A stretch of 38,122 nucleotides of DNA, taken from positions 1-38,122 of the forward strand of contig LJUI01000022.1 of NCBI GenBank assembly GCA_001303705.1. Reading direction: 5' to 3'. The notes beneath the pieces are model-generated. The model saw only the letters and a list, made by a program, of their open reading frames with translations, was not told the origin of the DNA and did not search any database. Shown here piece by piece: positions 1 to 10,325 of the stretch (position 1 is its first letter; each line of letters begins with the position of its first letter). Source of the stretch: a candidate division TA06 bacterium SM23_40 (lineage in GTDB: Bacteria > LJUI01 > SM1-40). The position numbers were made by a program, and so were the translations under genes.

Positions 1-1
1 T

Positions 2-730
2 ATCCCGCCGAATCTGCCCGGCTGGGGCGAGGTGCCGCTCGCCTCGCTCATCGAGGGAGCGCTCGGGTACCCGACGCGGGTGGGGAATGACACGAATATG
101 GTGACCCTCGCTGAATGGATGTGTGGTGCGGGACGCGGTGCACGCCACATGGTCTGTCTGACGCTGGGGACCGGTGTAGGAGGCGGCCTCGTGCTCGATT
201 CGCAGCTCTATCTCGGGGCACGGGGTGCGGCAGCAGAGATCGGCCACATGACCGTCGAACCGCAGGGGCCACTCTGTAACTGCGGGAACCGCGGCTGCCT
301 GGAGAGCCTCGTCGGTGCCTCCGCGATCGCGGAGCGCGCGCGCATGGCTATCGAGCGCGGGGAAGGTGAGGAGATGCGGAGGCTCAGTGGTGGCGACCAC
401 GAGCAACTCACGCCGGAGATCGTGGCACGCGCTGCCGAGTGCGGGGATGAGGCCGCTCGCCGTGTGCTCTATGATGTCGGGGTCTATCTCGGAATCGCAC
501 TCGCCAGCATCGTTAACCTGCTCGATCCTGAGATCATCGTGATCGGGGGCGGGATCTCCCATGCCGGTGACCTCATCCTGGAGCCTGCTCGGGCGGCGAT
601 GGAGGAACGCGCCATGCGGCTCGAAGATCGCCATGTCTCTGTCGTCCCTGCGGCACTTGGAGACGACGGTGGCGTGATCGGGGCAGCACTCTTCGCTCTC
701 GGCGACGACGTCGATCCGGTGCAGGGTTGA
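2..730 (+). CDS. ROK-family sugar kinase (glucokinase-like), 5'-truncated by the window edge
   Basis: Frame is open from base 2 (IPPNLPGWGEVPL...). ROK motifs: ND (VGNDTN), LTLGTGVGGG, AEIGHMTV, Zn site CNCGNRGCLE, IGGGIS, LGDDGGVIGAA. Confidence 0.9.
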   Translation: MPPNLPGWGEVPLASLIEGALGYPTRVGNDTNMVTLAEWMCGAGRGARHMVCLTLGTGVGGGLVLDSQLYLGARGAAAEIGHMTVEPQGPLCNCGNRGCLESLVGASAIAERARMAIERGEGEEMRRLSGGDHEQLTPEIVARAAECGDEAARRVLYDVGVYLGIALASIVNLLDPEIIVIGGGISHAGDLILEPARAAMEERAMRLEDRHVSVVPAALGDDGGVIGAALFALGDDVDPVQG

Positions 731-793
731 GGACATCCGGGCAATCCCTCTCCGCCGTGCTTGTCCAGGAGGGAAAGAAAGGAGCGACGACCC

Positions 794-1582
794 ATGCGAT
801 CTCATGACGTTGGTTATGAGATCCTCGGCGATGATATACAGATCGTTGAAATAGAGCTCGATCCGGGCGAGACGGTGATCGCAGAGGCCGGCGCGATGAA
901 CTACATGGACGATGGCATCACGTACGAGGCGAAGATGGGCGACGGGTCCGATGTCGACGAAGGAGTCCTCGCAAAGCTGCTCAATGTCGGCAAGCGCGTC
1001 CTCACCTCGGAGTCGATATTCCTCACGCATTTCACCAACAACGGGGTGGGTAAGAAGCGGGTGGCCTTTGCCGCGCCATATCCCGGCAAGATCTTTCCCA
1101 TCGACATGTCGAAGGTGAGCGGAGACCTTCTCTGCCAGAAGGATGCGTTTCTCTGCGCCGCACTCGGCACGAGGCTGGGCATCGCCTTCACCAAGCGCCT
1201 GGGGGCGGGCTTCTTCGGAGGTGAAGGATTCATACTCCAGCGCATCAGCGGCGACGGGAAGGTCTTCCTGCATGCGGGTGGGACGATAATAGTGAAGAGA
1301 CTGAAGGAAGAGATCATCCGCGTCGATACCGGCTGCATAGTGGCCTTCACATCGCGTATCGACTACGACATACAGCGCGCAGGGAACCTGAAGTCGATGT
1401 TCTTCGGTGGGGAGGGGCTGTTCCTTGCCACATTGAGCGGCACCGGCACGGTGTTGCTCCAGAGCCTTCCCTTCTCCCGGATGGCGGACCGCATACTGCA
1501 GCACGCCCCCAGAGCCGGGGGCAGACGAAAAGGGGAGGGATCCATTCTTGGCGGCTTGGGAGACCTGATCGACGGCGATTGA
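794..1582 (+). CDS. TIGR00266 / AIM24-family protein
   Basis: ATG at 794 after GGAG. Characteristic segments [80 protein letters not shown]. Confidence 0.9.
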   Translation: MRSHDVGYEILGDDIQIVEIELDPGETVIAEAGAMNYMDDGITYEAKMGDGSDVDEGVLAKLLNVGKRVLTSESIFLTHFTNNGVGKKRVAFAAPYPGKIFPIDMSKVSGDLLCQKDAFLCAALGTRLGIAFTKRLGAGFFGGEGFILQRISGDGKVFLHAGGTIIVKRLKEEIIRVDTGCIVAFTSRIDYDIQRAGNLKSMFFGGEGLFLATLSGTGTVLLQSLPFSRMADRILQHAPRAGGRRKGEGSILGGLGDLIDGD

Positions 1583-1619
1583 GCCCGGCCCCCGTACAGC
1601 TCGAAGCGTTACCTACTAC

Positions 1620-2534
1620 ATGCATCTTCCGATTGCGGATTTTAGAGGAGAACTGGCCGCTCTCAGTGCGGCCTTTTTGTGGGCGCTCGCCACTGTTGCG
1701 TACGGGCGTGCAGGGAAGCATGTCCCGCCGCTTGAACTGAACCTCGTCAAGGGCATACTCGCGATCATTCTCTTGTCCCTCACGCTCCTGCCGCAAGGCG
1801 AACTGCTCGTCGCCATTGATCGCTTCTCTCTTCTGTTGCTCCTCCTGAGCGGCGCGGTCGGCATCGGCTTCGGCGACACGGCCTATTTCGAGTCTCTGAG
1901 AAGTCTGGGCGCACGGCGGGCCCTGCTTCTGGGAATACTGGCACCGCCTCTGGCAGCACTCATGGCCCTGGCCTTTCTGGGAGAGATGCTCAATCCCGGT
2001 GCGTGGTTCGGTATTGCATTGACCGTCCTGGGGGTGGCGTGGGTTGTGACGGAACGGGTGCCTCGTCTATCGCACGAGGCTGCGCATCTGCGGAGAGGCG
2101 TCTGGTTCGGGGTGCTGGCTGCGCTGGCGCAGGCCGCCGGAGCAGTCATATCCCATGCCGTATTGACGCAGACTGCTATCAGCCCTCTGCCGAGCGCACT
2201 TCTGCGCCTCGTGGCAGGGGTCGTCACCATCCTCGTGTGGATTCTCGTGAGACGGCAGCCGGTGGGCCGCTGGCTGCGGATCGAGCAGTCCAGGAGGCTG
2301 TGGGCAGTGATCGCCTTCGCGACCTTCACCGGTACCTACCTCGGGATCTGGCTGCAGCAGACTTCGCTTAAGTTCGCGGAAGCTGGCGTGGCCCAGACCC
2401 TGCTTGCCACAAGCCCTCTCTTTGTCCTTCCCGTCGCCGCGGGGATGGGGGAGAGGATCAGTCCGAGGGCTATCGCCGGGGCATTCATCGCTCTGGCGGG
2501 GATTGCTCTATTGTTTGGCCTCAAGTCCGCGTAG
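1620..2534 (+). CDS. DMT superfamily (EamA) transporter
   Basis: 304 aa, about 10 hydrophobic segments in two homologous halves (GELAALSAAFLWA...; GVWFGVLAALAQA...; TSPLFVLP). Confidence 0.85.
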   Translation: MHLPIADFRGELAALSAAFLWALATVAYGRAGKHVPPLELNLVKGILAIILLSLTLLPQGELLVAIDRFSLLLLLLSGAVGIGFGDTAYFESLRSLGARRALLLGILAPPLAALMALAFLGEMLNPGAWFGIALTVLGVAWVVTERVPRLSHEAAHLRRGVWFGVLAALAQAAGAVISHAVLTQTAISPLPSALLRLVAGVVTILVWILVRRQPVGRWLRIEQSRRLWAVIAFATFTGTYLGIWLQQTSLKFAEAGVAQTLLATSPLFVLPVAAGMGERISPRAIAGAFIALAGIALLFGLKSA

Positions 2535-2760
2535 CTCGTGTGCCAGCGGTCGGCCCCTCATGAGGTTCCTGTGCTCGATCGGGCATGAGAGATCCGGCGT
2601 GCGTTTCACGGGACGGCGATGGGTCCGCGCCGTCTGCCAGGATCCCGGAGCTGATGTCGGCCACTAGGTCGAGGTGTCCGGAGTCCCATGATGCAACACG
2701 CCATCAAGGGACTCCAGATGAAGCGATGCTGCTCGTGTGAAGGAGGTTCGAAGGCTAGGG

Positions 2761-5532
2761 ATGTCAACTGACCTGCTACCACAGACTGGCGGTACGGCTG
2801 GACCGGAGGCGGCGCCGTGCCACGATAGGGTGCCATGGCACGCTCTAGAGATACCGACCGTTGGCAGACGGCTGGAGTCTGACCCAGAGCGCGGCCTGAG
2901 CCTTGCGGAGGCCTATCGTCGGCTCAGACAGTATGGTCCCAATCTGCTCGAGGTCGTCGACAAGGTGCGCTGGTATCAGGTGTTCGCTCGCCAGTTCGTG
3001 AACATTCTCATCCTCATCCTGCTCGTGGCCGCCGGCATCTCGTTCGCCATCGGGGGCATCACCGATGCGATCACCATTCTGGTGATCGTGTTGCTCAATG
3101 GCGTACTCGGATTCGTGCAGGAGTGGAGGGCCGAGCGCGCGCTGGAAGCACTGCAAAGGATGCTCGCGCTGCGCAGCAGGGTGCTTCGGGACGGAGAGGA
3201 GCAGATAGTCGACGCCAGGGATCTGACGCCGGGCGACGTGGTTCTGCTGGAGGTTGGTGACCGCGTTCCTGCGGATCTGCGCCTGAGCGAGGTGCTCAAT
3301 CTCCAGGTGGACGAATCCTCTCTCACCGGCGAATCGGTGCCCATATACAAAGATCGGGCGCCTGTCGACTCGGGCGCGCCGCTTGCTGAGCGTTCATCCA
3401 TGGTCTGGATGGGAACCGTGGTCACGAACGGGCGTGCCCGTGGCATCGTCGTCGGCACCGGCATGGATACCGAGTTCGGGCGCATAGCGCAGGTGACTCG
3501 CGCCGTCGGCGAGGAGGTCACCCCGCTCCAGCATCGGCTGGGTGTGCTGGGGAAGCAGCTCGGTGCAATCGGAGTCATCGTCTCGCTGGTAGTCGCGGTC
3601 ACCGGATGGCTGCTGGGGAAACCGCTGCTGGAGATGATCCTGACGGGGATATCCCTGGCAGTGGCAGTCGTGCCGGAAGGCCTCCCCGCGGTCGTTACGA
3701 TCACTCTCGCCCTCGGGGTAAGGGCCATGGTCCGCCGCAGCGCCCTCCTTCGTCGCCTGCAGGCTGCGGAGACCCTGGGAGCCGCCACCGTCATATGTAC
3801 CGATAAGACCGGAACTCTCACAAAGAACGAGATGACAGTCCAGCGTATCTGGCTGCCGTCGCGCGAGCTCGAAGTGACCGGGGTGGGGTACGCCCCGGAG
3901 GGCGAGTTTCGTCACGGCGACGAGAGAATATCGCCGGGCGACCATCCTGATCTGCGTCATCTGCTTGAGACCGGCCTGCGGTGCAACCGTGCGAGCGTCA
4001 CTCAGGATGAGACAGGTTGGTACGCCGTGGGAGATCCGACCGAGGCCGCCCTCGTTGTCGCGGCGCGGAAGGGAGGGCTCGACTCTGATGGCGCACCTCA
4101 GCTCGTCAATGAGTTCTCCTTTGACTCCCGGCGCAAACGGATGACAGTCATCCAGGAGCATTCGGCGGGACTGATCGCGCACGTCAAAGGGGCGCCCGAG
4201 GTGGTTCTTGAGCGGTGTACACGTCTTCTGAAAGGGGGAGAAGAACGGGATCTTAGCGACGCCGACCGTGAGGCGGCGATCTCCACGTACGAGCGTCTGG
4301 CTGGGGAGGGACTTCGCACGCTGGCATTAGCGCGGCGAGTTCTCCCCCGGGATGCTGAGCTCGGAGAGGACCAGGTGGAACGAGATCTCACGCTTCTCGG
4401 CCTGGTCGGGATCATCGATCCGCCGCGTCGGGAGGTGCCCGAGGCCGTGCAGCTCGCGTACAGCGCGGGCATTCGTGTGCTTATGATCACCGGGGATGCC
4501 TCGGCCACGGCGCTGGCTGTCGCAAAGAAGATCGGGCTGCGGGCGAGACGCGCGGTCACGAGCCGCGAACTCGCAGCCATGGATGATGAAGAGCTTCGCG
4601 CCGCACTCGAGGAGGAGGCGATCTTCTCGCGGGTGGCACCTGAGCACAAGATGCGGATTGTGACGCTGTTGCAGGGAATGGGGGATGTCGTCGCGATGAC
4701 AGGGGATGGCGTCAACGACGCACCAGCTCTGAAGAAAGCCGACGTCGGCACTGCCATGGGGCTGCGTGGCACCGACGTGGCCAAGGGGGCGTCCGACATG
4801 ATCCTTCTCGACGACAACTTCGCCACGATCATCGGGGCCGTGGAGGAGGGAAGGCGTCAATATGACAACATCCAGAAGTTCGTGCGCTACCTTCTGAGTT
4901 CCAACACGGCCGAGATCGTGGCCATCTTTCTCAATATAGTGTTGGGCGGCCCGCTCATACTCCTCCCGGTGCAGATTCTGTGGATCAATCTCGTGACGGA
5001 CGGCATGACTGCGGTGGCACTGGGCGTGGAGCCTGCGGAGCGCGGGATCATGGAGCGTCGGCCGCGGCCCCCTCGCGCTCCACTTCTCGACCACGGCAGC
5101 ATCTTGAGAATCCTGCTCCTGGGCGGGTATATGGGCCTGGGGACGCTGTGGCTGTTTCGGCACTATCTGGCTGCCGGCATCGAAGATGCCCTGCCGCTCG
5201 CACAGACGGCCGCGTTCACCGGCCTCGTCCTCATCGAGAAGGTGAACGTGTTCAACTTCCGCTCACTCCGCCAGCCGCTCACGCGTATTGGCTTCTTCAG
5301 TAATCCCCTGCTGCTCATCGCGTGGGTGGTGTCAGCTGGCCTCCAGGCCTGTGCGGTCTATGTTCCGTTCCTGCAGCGGGCCATGCACACCGTCCCCCTG
5401 AGGGGCGTTGACTGGGCGCTCATGGTTCTTGTCGCGGCTCCGATTCTCGTCGTGGGGGAGGTGTATAAGTGGTCTCTCCGGCGACGAGAGCGCAGGGAGG
5501 CGGTACCGGCTCACACCAGGGACATTCGCTAG
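2761..5532 (+). CDS. Cation-translocating P-type ATPase, type IIA (Ca2+-ATPase-like)
   Basis: Motifs DESSLTGES, PEGLP, phosphorylation site DKTGTLT, KGAPE, MITGD, TGDGVNDAPALK, ILWINLVTD. ATG at 2761 (alternative GTG 2737). Confidence 0.93.
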   Translation: MSTDLLPQTGGTAGPEAAPCHDRVPWHALEIPTVGRRLESDPERGLSLAEAYRRLRQYGPNLLEVVDKVRWYQVFARQFVNILILILLVAAGISFAIGGITDAITILVIVLLNGVLGFVQEWRAERALEALQRMLALRSRVLRDGEEQIVDARDLTPGDVVLLEVGDRVPADLRLSEVLNLQVDESSLTGESVPIYKDRAPVDSGAPLAERSSMVWMGTVVTNGRARGIVVGTGMDTEFGRIAQVTRAVGEEVTPLQHRLGVLGKQLGAIGVIVSLVVAVTGWLLGKPLLEMILTGISLAVAVVPEGLPAVVTITLALGVRAMVRRSALLRRLQAAETLGAATVICTDKTGTLTKNEMTVQRIWLPSRELEVTGVGYAPEGEFRHGDERISPGDHPDLRHLLETGLRCNRASVTQDETGWYAVGDPTEAALVVAARKGGLDSDGAPQLVNEFSFDSRRKRMTVIQEHSAGLIAHVKGAPEVVLERCTRLLKGGEERDLSDADREAAISTYERLAGEGLRTLALARRVLPRDAELGEDQVERDLTLLGLVGIIDPPRREVPEAVQLAYSAGIRVLMITGDASATALAVAKKIGLRARRAVTSRELAAMDDEELRAALEEEAIFSRVAPEHKMRIVTLLQGMGDVVAMTGDGVNDAPALKKADVGTAMGLRGTDVAKGASDMILLDDNFATIIGAVEEGRRQYDNIQKFVRYLLSSNTAEIVAIFLNIVLGGPLILLPVQILWINLVTDGMTAVALGVEPAERGIMERRPRPPRAPLLDHGSILRILLLGGYMGLGTLWLFRHYLAAGIEDALPLAQTAAFTGLVLIEKVNVFNFRSLRQPLTRIGFFSNPLLLIAWVVSAGLQACAVYVPFLQRAMHTVPLRGVDWALMVLVAAPILVVGEVYKWSLRRRERREAVPAHTRDIR

Positions 5533-5547
5533 TCCCCTGTTCGGAAC

Positions 5548-6309
5548 TCACGGATTCTCCAGACCCCACCTCTCTCTGATTCTCTCCTCCAACGTCCCGA
5601 GCACGAGTCTGTCGACTACGACCCCGATGGCGACTATTACGACCATCACCGCGATCACCTGCCTGATGTCGTTCAGTTCCCGGCCCATCATCAGAAGGTG
5701 GCCCAAGCCAAGACTGACGAAGAGCATCTCCCCGGCCATGAGAGACCGCCAGGCGAACGACCATCCCAGTTTCATTCCGGTCACAATCGAAGGGAGTGCT
5801 CCCGGGAGGATCACGCCAATATACTTCCTGATTCCCCTCGCTCCCATGGTCGATGCCGCCTTCAGGTATATCGGCGATATGTTTCTCACTCCATCCGCGG
5901 TGGCGAGGCTGATGGAGAAAGCCGCACCCATGACAACGACGAACAGAATCGCCCTCTCGTTCAACCCGAACCAGAGAAGTCCCAACGGCAGCCAGCAGAT
6001 GCTGGGCAGCGTCCTCAGCCCCAACAAGGGTGCACCGAGGAACTCGTCGAGCAGCTTCATGCTGGCCAGCATGAGCCCGAATGCCACTCCGAATACGAGC
6101 GATAGTCCATATCCCAACAGAATCCGCTTCATGCTCACGAGGATACCCACGAGGAATGTCTTGTTCGCGAAGCCGGTAAGGAGTGATTCCAGTACGCCCA
6201 GGGGTGAGGGGAAGAGATACTCGGGCCAGAGCTCCAGACGGAACAGAAGTTCCCATAGGCCGAGGAGCGCCGCGTACAGGGCCAACCGCTCCACATGTCT
6301 AATCATCAC
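5548..6309 (-). CDS. ABC transporter permease, SsuC/TauC/NitT family
   Basis: LFPSP N-terminal motif, EAA-like loop (LKAASTMGA), ILPGALPSIVTGMKLGWSFAWRSLMAGEM, GLGHL. Overlaps the ATPase gene. Confidence 0.9.
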   Translation of the reverse strand: MMIRHVERLALYAALLGLWELLFRLELWPEYLFPSPLGVLESLLTGFANKTFLVGILVSMKRILLGYGLSLVFGVAFGLMLASMKLLDEFLGAPLLGLRTLPSICWLPLGLLWFGLNERAILFVVVMGAAFSISLATADGVRNISPIYLKAASTMGARGIRKYIGVILPGALPSIVTGMKLGWSFAWRSLMAGEMLFVSLGLGHLLMMGRELNDIRQVIAVMVVIVAIGVVVDRLVLGTLEERIRERWGLENP

Positions 6310-7081
6310 CCATTTCCTCTCTCACGACCTTGTCTATCTCCTCTTTGAGATCTCCCATGATGAGATTTGACGTCTCCACCAATCTTCCATCGCCCAACCT
6401 CCGTGGCCGCGGCAGATCGATTCGGAATTCCCTCTTGATCCTTCCCGGGCTGGCAGTGAGGACTATGACTCTGTCTCCCAGACAGACAGCCTCGCGAATA
6501 TTGTGTGTCACGAAAATAATCGTCTTGCCGATTATCGACCAGATCGTCTGGAGAAGCATCAGCAACCTCTCTCGGGTCTGAGCATCGAGTGAGCTGAACG
6601 GTTCATCCATGAGAAGCATTTTCGGGTTCACGACGAGAGCCCTGGCGAGCGCAACTCTCTGTCTCATCCCACCCGAGAGTTCATGAATGTATGAGTTCCG
6701 GAACCGTGAGAGATGGACCATCCGGAGGAATTCCTCGGCAAGCGGCCTCACCTTCTCGTTCGGGAATTTCTTCATCTTGAGACCGAATTCGACGTTATTG
6801 ATGACGTTCAGCCAGGGGAAGAGCGCGTCTTGCTGGAAAATGAGAATCCGGTCTGGACCCGGTCCCTCCACCGGGCTGCCATCGATGGATACTGTACTGT
6901 GGGGATCGGGTTTCTCCAGACCGGCAATTATGTTGAGTACAGTCGACTTGCCGCAGCCTGAGGGGCCGATGAAACAGACGAATTCTCCTGTATCGACCTG
7001 GAAATCAATGTCTTCGAGCGCTTTGATCGGTCCATTCGCTGTCCGGAAGGTCTTCGATACGTTTCTCAATACGAGTTCCAT
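6299..7081 (-). CDS. ABC transporter ATP-binding protein, SsuB/TauB/NrtD family
   Basis: Walker A GPSGCGKST, signature LSGGMRQR, Walker B LLMDEPF, H-loop VTHN, ALFPWL and IDLPRPR family motifs. Confidence 0.93.
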   Translation of the reverse strand: MELVLRNVSKTFRTANGPIKALEDIDFQVDTGEFVCFIGPSGCGKSTVLNIIAGLEKPDPHSTVSIDGSPVEGPGPDRILIFQQDALFPWLNVINNVEFGLKMKKFPNEKVRPLAEEFLRMVHLSRFRNSYIHELSGGMRQRVALARALVVNPKMLLMDEPFSSLDAQTRERLLMLLQTIWSIIGKTIIFVTHNIREAVCLGDRVIVLTASPGRIKREFRIDLPRPRRLGDGRLVETSNLIMGDLKEEIDKVVREEMGDD

Positions 7082-7094
7082 GAACGGGCAGCCC

Positions 7095-8132
7095 TCATTC
7101 GATCGGTTTGAGTCGCTTCTCCGCGATCACCCGGTTCAGGGTGGCGAGATCGTAGATACCGGAGAGATCCGGTTCCTCGCTGCCGAGAAATCCTGACTCG
7201 TATGCCCACTGTGCAGACTTGAAGAGTGAGCTCGTGACCGGGTCATATGTTAAGGTGGTTCTCGAGAGGGCGTCCTCGAGCACATTGGCCGGCAATGCCT
7301 TGTGTGTGATCTCCGCGATCCCGGCGTTGATGATTGTCCTGGCTTCCTCGGGATTGTCGTTTATCCATTCTGTCACGTCTACATGGGCGCGTATCCATGC
7401 CTCCACCAGGTCCGGGTGGTCTCTCAGGAACTGGGTCCGCACGATTACGTGGGCCGTCACAAACTTCCCTGCAGGCCAGATTTCTCGCTCATCCAGGAAC
7501 AGTTCTCCATTGCCCTGCCGTATCAACCGAGCCACCCAGGGTTCTTTCGTCCAGGCTGCATCGATCTCTCCCTTTATGAACAGGGAGAGCTGGTCGGGAT
7601 TCCTGACCGGCACAACCTGGACCGTTCCGCCCTTTTCGGTGAGCTCAAAGCCCTGGTCCCTGAGCCAGGCCCGGCAGGCCACGTCCTGGGTATTGCCCAG
7701 CTGGGGAGTGGCGATTCTCTTTCCGTGAAGGTCGGCATTAGTGCGTATGTCGGCTTCCTTCCGGACCACCAGGCCCGCACCTCCGCTCGACGCGCCGCAG
7801 ACGATTCTCAAGGCTTCGCCCTTCGATTTCACGTACCCGTTAACGGCAGGATTCGGACCGATATAGCCGATATCGACCTCACCAGCGAAGAGCGCTTCAA
7901 TCGCTGACGGCCCGGCATTGAATATCGTCCAGTTGATCTCCACATTCGGCCCGAGTGCTTCCCGGAACGTTCCTTTCGCCTTGCCGACGATCGCTGCTGA
8001 ATGGACGATATCCGGGAAGTGCCACGCCCGTACAGCCAGCGGGCGCCCCGGTTCCGTTCCAGCTTGATCGCTCCTGCTGCATCCCAGGGCAGTCAGCATC
8101 AACAGCCCTGTGAGAGCGTACCTCTTCTTCAT
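7095..8132 (-). CDS. ABC transporter substrate-binding lipoprotein, SsuA (aliphatic sulfonate/anion) family
   Basis: Lipobox-like LTALG-C. FNAGPSAIEALFAGEVDIGYIGPNPA and ATPQLGNTQDV are typical of SsuA-like binding proteins. Confidence 0.85.
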   Translation of the reverse strand: MKKRYALTGLLMLTALGCSRSDQAGTEPGRPLAVRAWHFPDIVHSAAIVGKAKGTFREALGPNVEINWTIFNAGPSAIEALFAGEVDIGYIGPNPAVNGYVKSKGEALRIVCGASSGGAGLVVRKEADIRTNADLHGKRIATPQLGNTQDVACRAWLRDQGFELTEKGGTVQVVPVRNPDQLSLFIKGEIDAAWTKEPWVARLIRQGNGELFLDEREIWPAGKFVTAHVIVRTQFLRDHPDLVEAWIRAHVDVTEWINDNPEEARTIINAGIAEITHKALPANVLEDALSRTTLTYDPVTSSLFKSAQWAYESGFLGSEEPDLSGIYDLATLNRVIAEKRLKPIE

Positions 8133-8141
8133 CGCATCCTC

Positions 8142-8855
8142 CTAGAGGCTGAATTGCAGACTTGTATCGAGAACATTGACGCTTCTCCATTCGCCACCTT
8201 GCCGCTTGTTCCTGAAGATATACGAGGCCTCGAGGGCTATCCTGTCGACGAGTTTCGCGGAAAGGCCTATGGACGTTCGGCGTTCGTTTGATGATCCGCC
8301 ATCGAAATCGTAAAACAGCTCGTGCGACAGGAGAGGCGCTACCTGACGTCCACAAAATCTGACCGGTCTCGCGCCCTTGATTCGGGCCCGATATACCCAC
8401 CGTTCACTGTCGAAACCATACTCGCCGCGGTTCCTCCAGGCAAACTTGAAATCACTGAGCCCGAAGCTGAGTGTTCCGTCGAGCGTGGCGAGATCTTCGC
8501 TTTCCCAGACGTCACCGACCTGCTTGCGTATGTAGACGTAGTAGAGAGCTGCGTCCAGATGGTCGGTGATCTTGAGCGTCGGGCCGACATATGCTTTGAA
8601 GTAATAGAACTCGCTCATGTTGTCTCTCAGGCGGATTTCTGGCTTGATCGAGAGCTTGGTTCTCTTATTGAGTGGCACTCTGAAGTCAGTTCTGCTCCAG
8701 TACTCCCAATCGTTGGCCTGACATAGCTCGGCCGTCACCATGAGAACGAGAATCGAGAAGAGAGAGAGAATCGAGGTGAGCAGGACGATTGATCGTCTCG
8801 GGCAGCCGGAGACGCGGGCGGGGGTCCGTAAGCCGTTCGCGGGTCCAGATCCCAT
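8142..8855 (-). CDS. Outer-membrane beta-barrel protein (DUF2490-like); start codon uncertain (8855, 8918 or 8975)
   Basis: Hydrophobic signal-like segment ending in CQA, then alternating amphipathic strands rich in Y/W/R (RNRGEY, YRARIK, SHELFYD) and terminal LQFSL. Confidence 0.65.
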   Translation of the reverse strand: MGSGPANGLRTPARVSGCPRRSIVLLTSILSLFSILVLMVTAELCQANDWEYWSRTDFRVPLNKRTKLSIKPEIRLRDNMSEFYYFKAYVGPTLKITDHLDAALYYVYIRKQVGDVWESEDLATLDGTLSFGLSDFKFAWRNRGEYGFDSERWVYRARIKGARPVRFCGRQVAPLLSHELFYDFDGGSSNERRTSIGLSAKLVDRIALEASYIFRNKRQGGEWRSVNVLDTSLQFSL

Positions 8856-9014
8856 CCGGAGTACCGGTCTCCGCCAGGTAGATGTGGGCTGTAGCTTCAC
8901 GTGAGTTCCCCTAGTCATTGGCCCTAGCGAATTGATGGTGTGTAGTGATGTCCGACCGCCGTGCAGGGCAATCATCGATATCGTCCAGCCGCGACCGGAA
9001 GCCGGACGTCCCGG

Positions 9015-10325
9015 CTAGCCCCGTTCCGCTTCAGGCCGTAGATCTATGAGATGTACAGAACAGGAGATGCACGGGTCGTAGGCGCGTACGACCATCTGGA
9101 GTTTTTCCCTCAGAGCATCCACCGGATCCTTTCCCGCTCTTTCCACCGATGCCCGGAGGTCTTTTTCTATATTTGCGCAGTTCTGAGCTGTCGGCGTAAT
9201 CACGTCGGCCTTTGTGAGACGGCCCTTCTTGTTGAAGGTATAACTGTGATAGAGTGTACCTCGTGGGGCCTCAGATGCCGCGGTCCCTGATCCCTCGCGG
9301 ATCTCCGCATGTCGCGGTCTCTCTTTCTTGACTCCCCTGTGAAGGAGCTCGTCGACTACCTCAATCGCCCGCTCTATCGAATAGACGAGTTCGACTGCCT
9401 GAGCTGCGTTGTTGTAGAGGATGTTGTCGGTCTGCTTATGCAAACCGAGTCTCCTGCACGCCGTCTTGGCCTGTCCGGAAAGGAACTTCCCGAACAGCAT
9501 GACCCTGGCAAGCGCGCCGACCATGAACGGCCTCTCCCTGAATCTGCTCTGTTTGGCGTGGGAATAGGCGACAGTCACTTCATTACACAGGTCCTTGTAG
9601 GCATGGACGTCCATCGTCTCTCCTGTCGACAGCACGATCTTGTTGCCGAAGAGGCCGAACTTGTTGGAAGGCGGCTTGAGTGCCGCATAGAGTGTGGGGG
9701 ATTCGGGGAAGGTCGGGACCTCGAGAGCAGCCATGAGGTCGATGGTCGCGAGCGCCTTTCTGATGCCTTTCTCTAGCTCTTCTCTGAGGATGACGAGATC
9801 TCCTTCGGAAGGGACGAGTCCGAACCCGCCAACCACCGCATTCACCGGGTGTATGGCTCTGCCGCCCACCATCTCCTGTATCTTGTTGCCCAGATTTTTC
9901 AGCTCCAGGCCTATCTTCGCCTCGCCGGGACGGTCTGATGCGAGCTCGATGACGCTGCTGTACCCGAGGAAATCGGGGACGGCGAGGCAGAAGAGGTGCA
10001 GAGCATGGCTCTCGATGTTACCTCCCTGGACGAGAAGATCGCGCAGAAGCTTCGTCTGTGGGCTTACCTTGATCCCGAACGCATCCTCGATCGCCATGAG
10101 AGAAGTGACGGCATGCACGGCGGAGCATATGGCGCAGATACGCATGACAATGGGTGTCACTTCATGGTAATGCCTGCCGACGAGCAGTGGTTCGAAGAAG
10201 CGGGTACCTTCTATGATATCCATCTGCACGTTGGCAGGTCTACCGTCTTTCATCTCCACCGTGATCCCGCCATGTCCTTCGATACGACATACGCGACCGA
10301 CAGTAATGGTCTTTGTGCTCATCAT
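9015..10325 (-). CDS. hydA: Group 3b [NiFe] hydrogenase (sulfhydrogenase-type) large/alpha subunit
   Basis: RIEGHG, L1 motif RICAICSAVH, GGRAIHP, EAPRGTLYH, L2 motif RAYDPCISCSVH, followed by a cleavable C-terminal extension. Confidence 0.95.
   Translation of the reverse strand: MMSTKTITVGRVCRIEGHGGITVEMKDGRPANVQMDIIEGTRFFEPLLVGRHYHEVTPIVMRICAICSAVHAVTSLMAIEDAFGIKVSPQTKLLRDLLVQGGNIESHALHLFCLAVPDFLGYSSVIELASDRPGEAKIGLELKNLGNKIQEMVGGRAIHPVNAVVGGFGLVPSEGDLVILREELEKGIRKALATIDLMAALEVPTFPESPTLYAALKPPSNKFGLFGNKIVLSTGETMDVHAYKDLCNEVTVAYSHAKQSRFRERPFMVGALARVMLFGKFLSGQAKTACRRLGLHKQTDNILYNNAAQAVELVYSIERAIEVVDELLHRGVKKERPRHAEIREGSGTAASEAPRGTLYHSYTFNKKGRLTKADVITPTAQNCANIEKDLRASVERAGKDPVDALREKLQMVVRAYDPCISCSVHLIDLRPEAERG

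Noticed and set aside
9015-9080. [NiFeSe] hydrogenase
   Set aside because: The L2 motif is DPCISC with ordinary Cys codons; there is no in-frame TGA.
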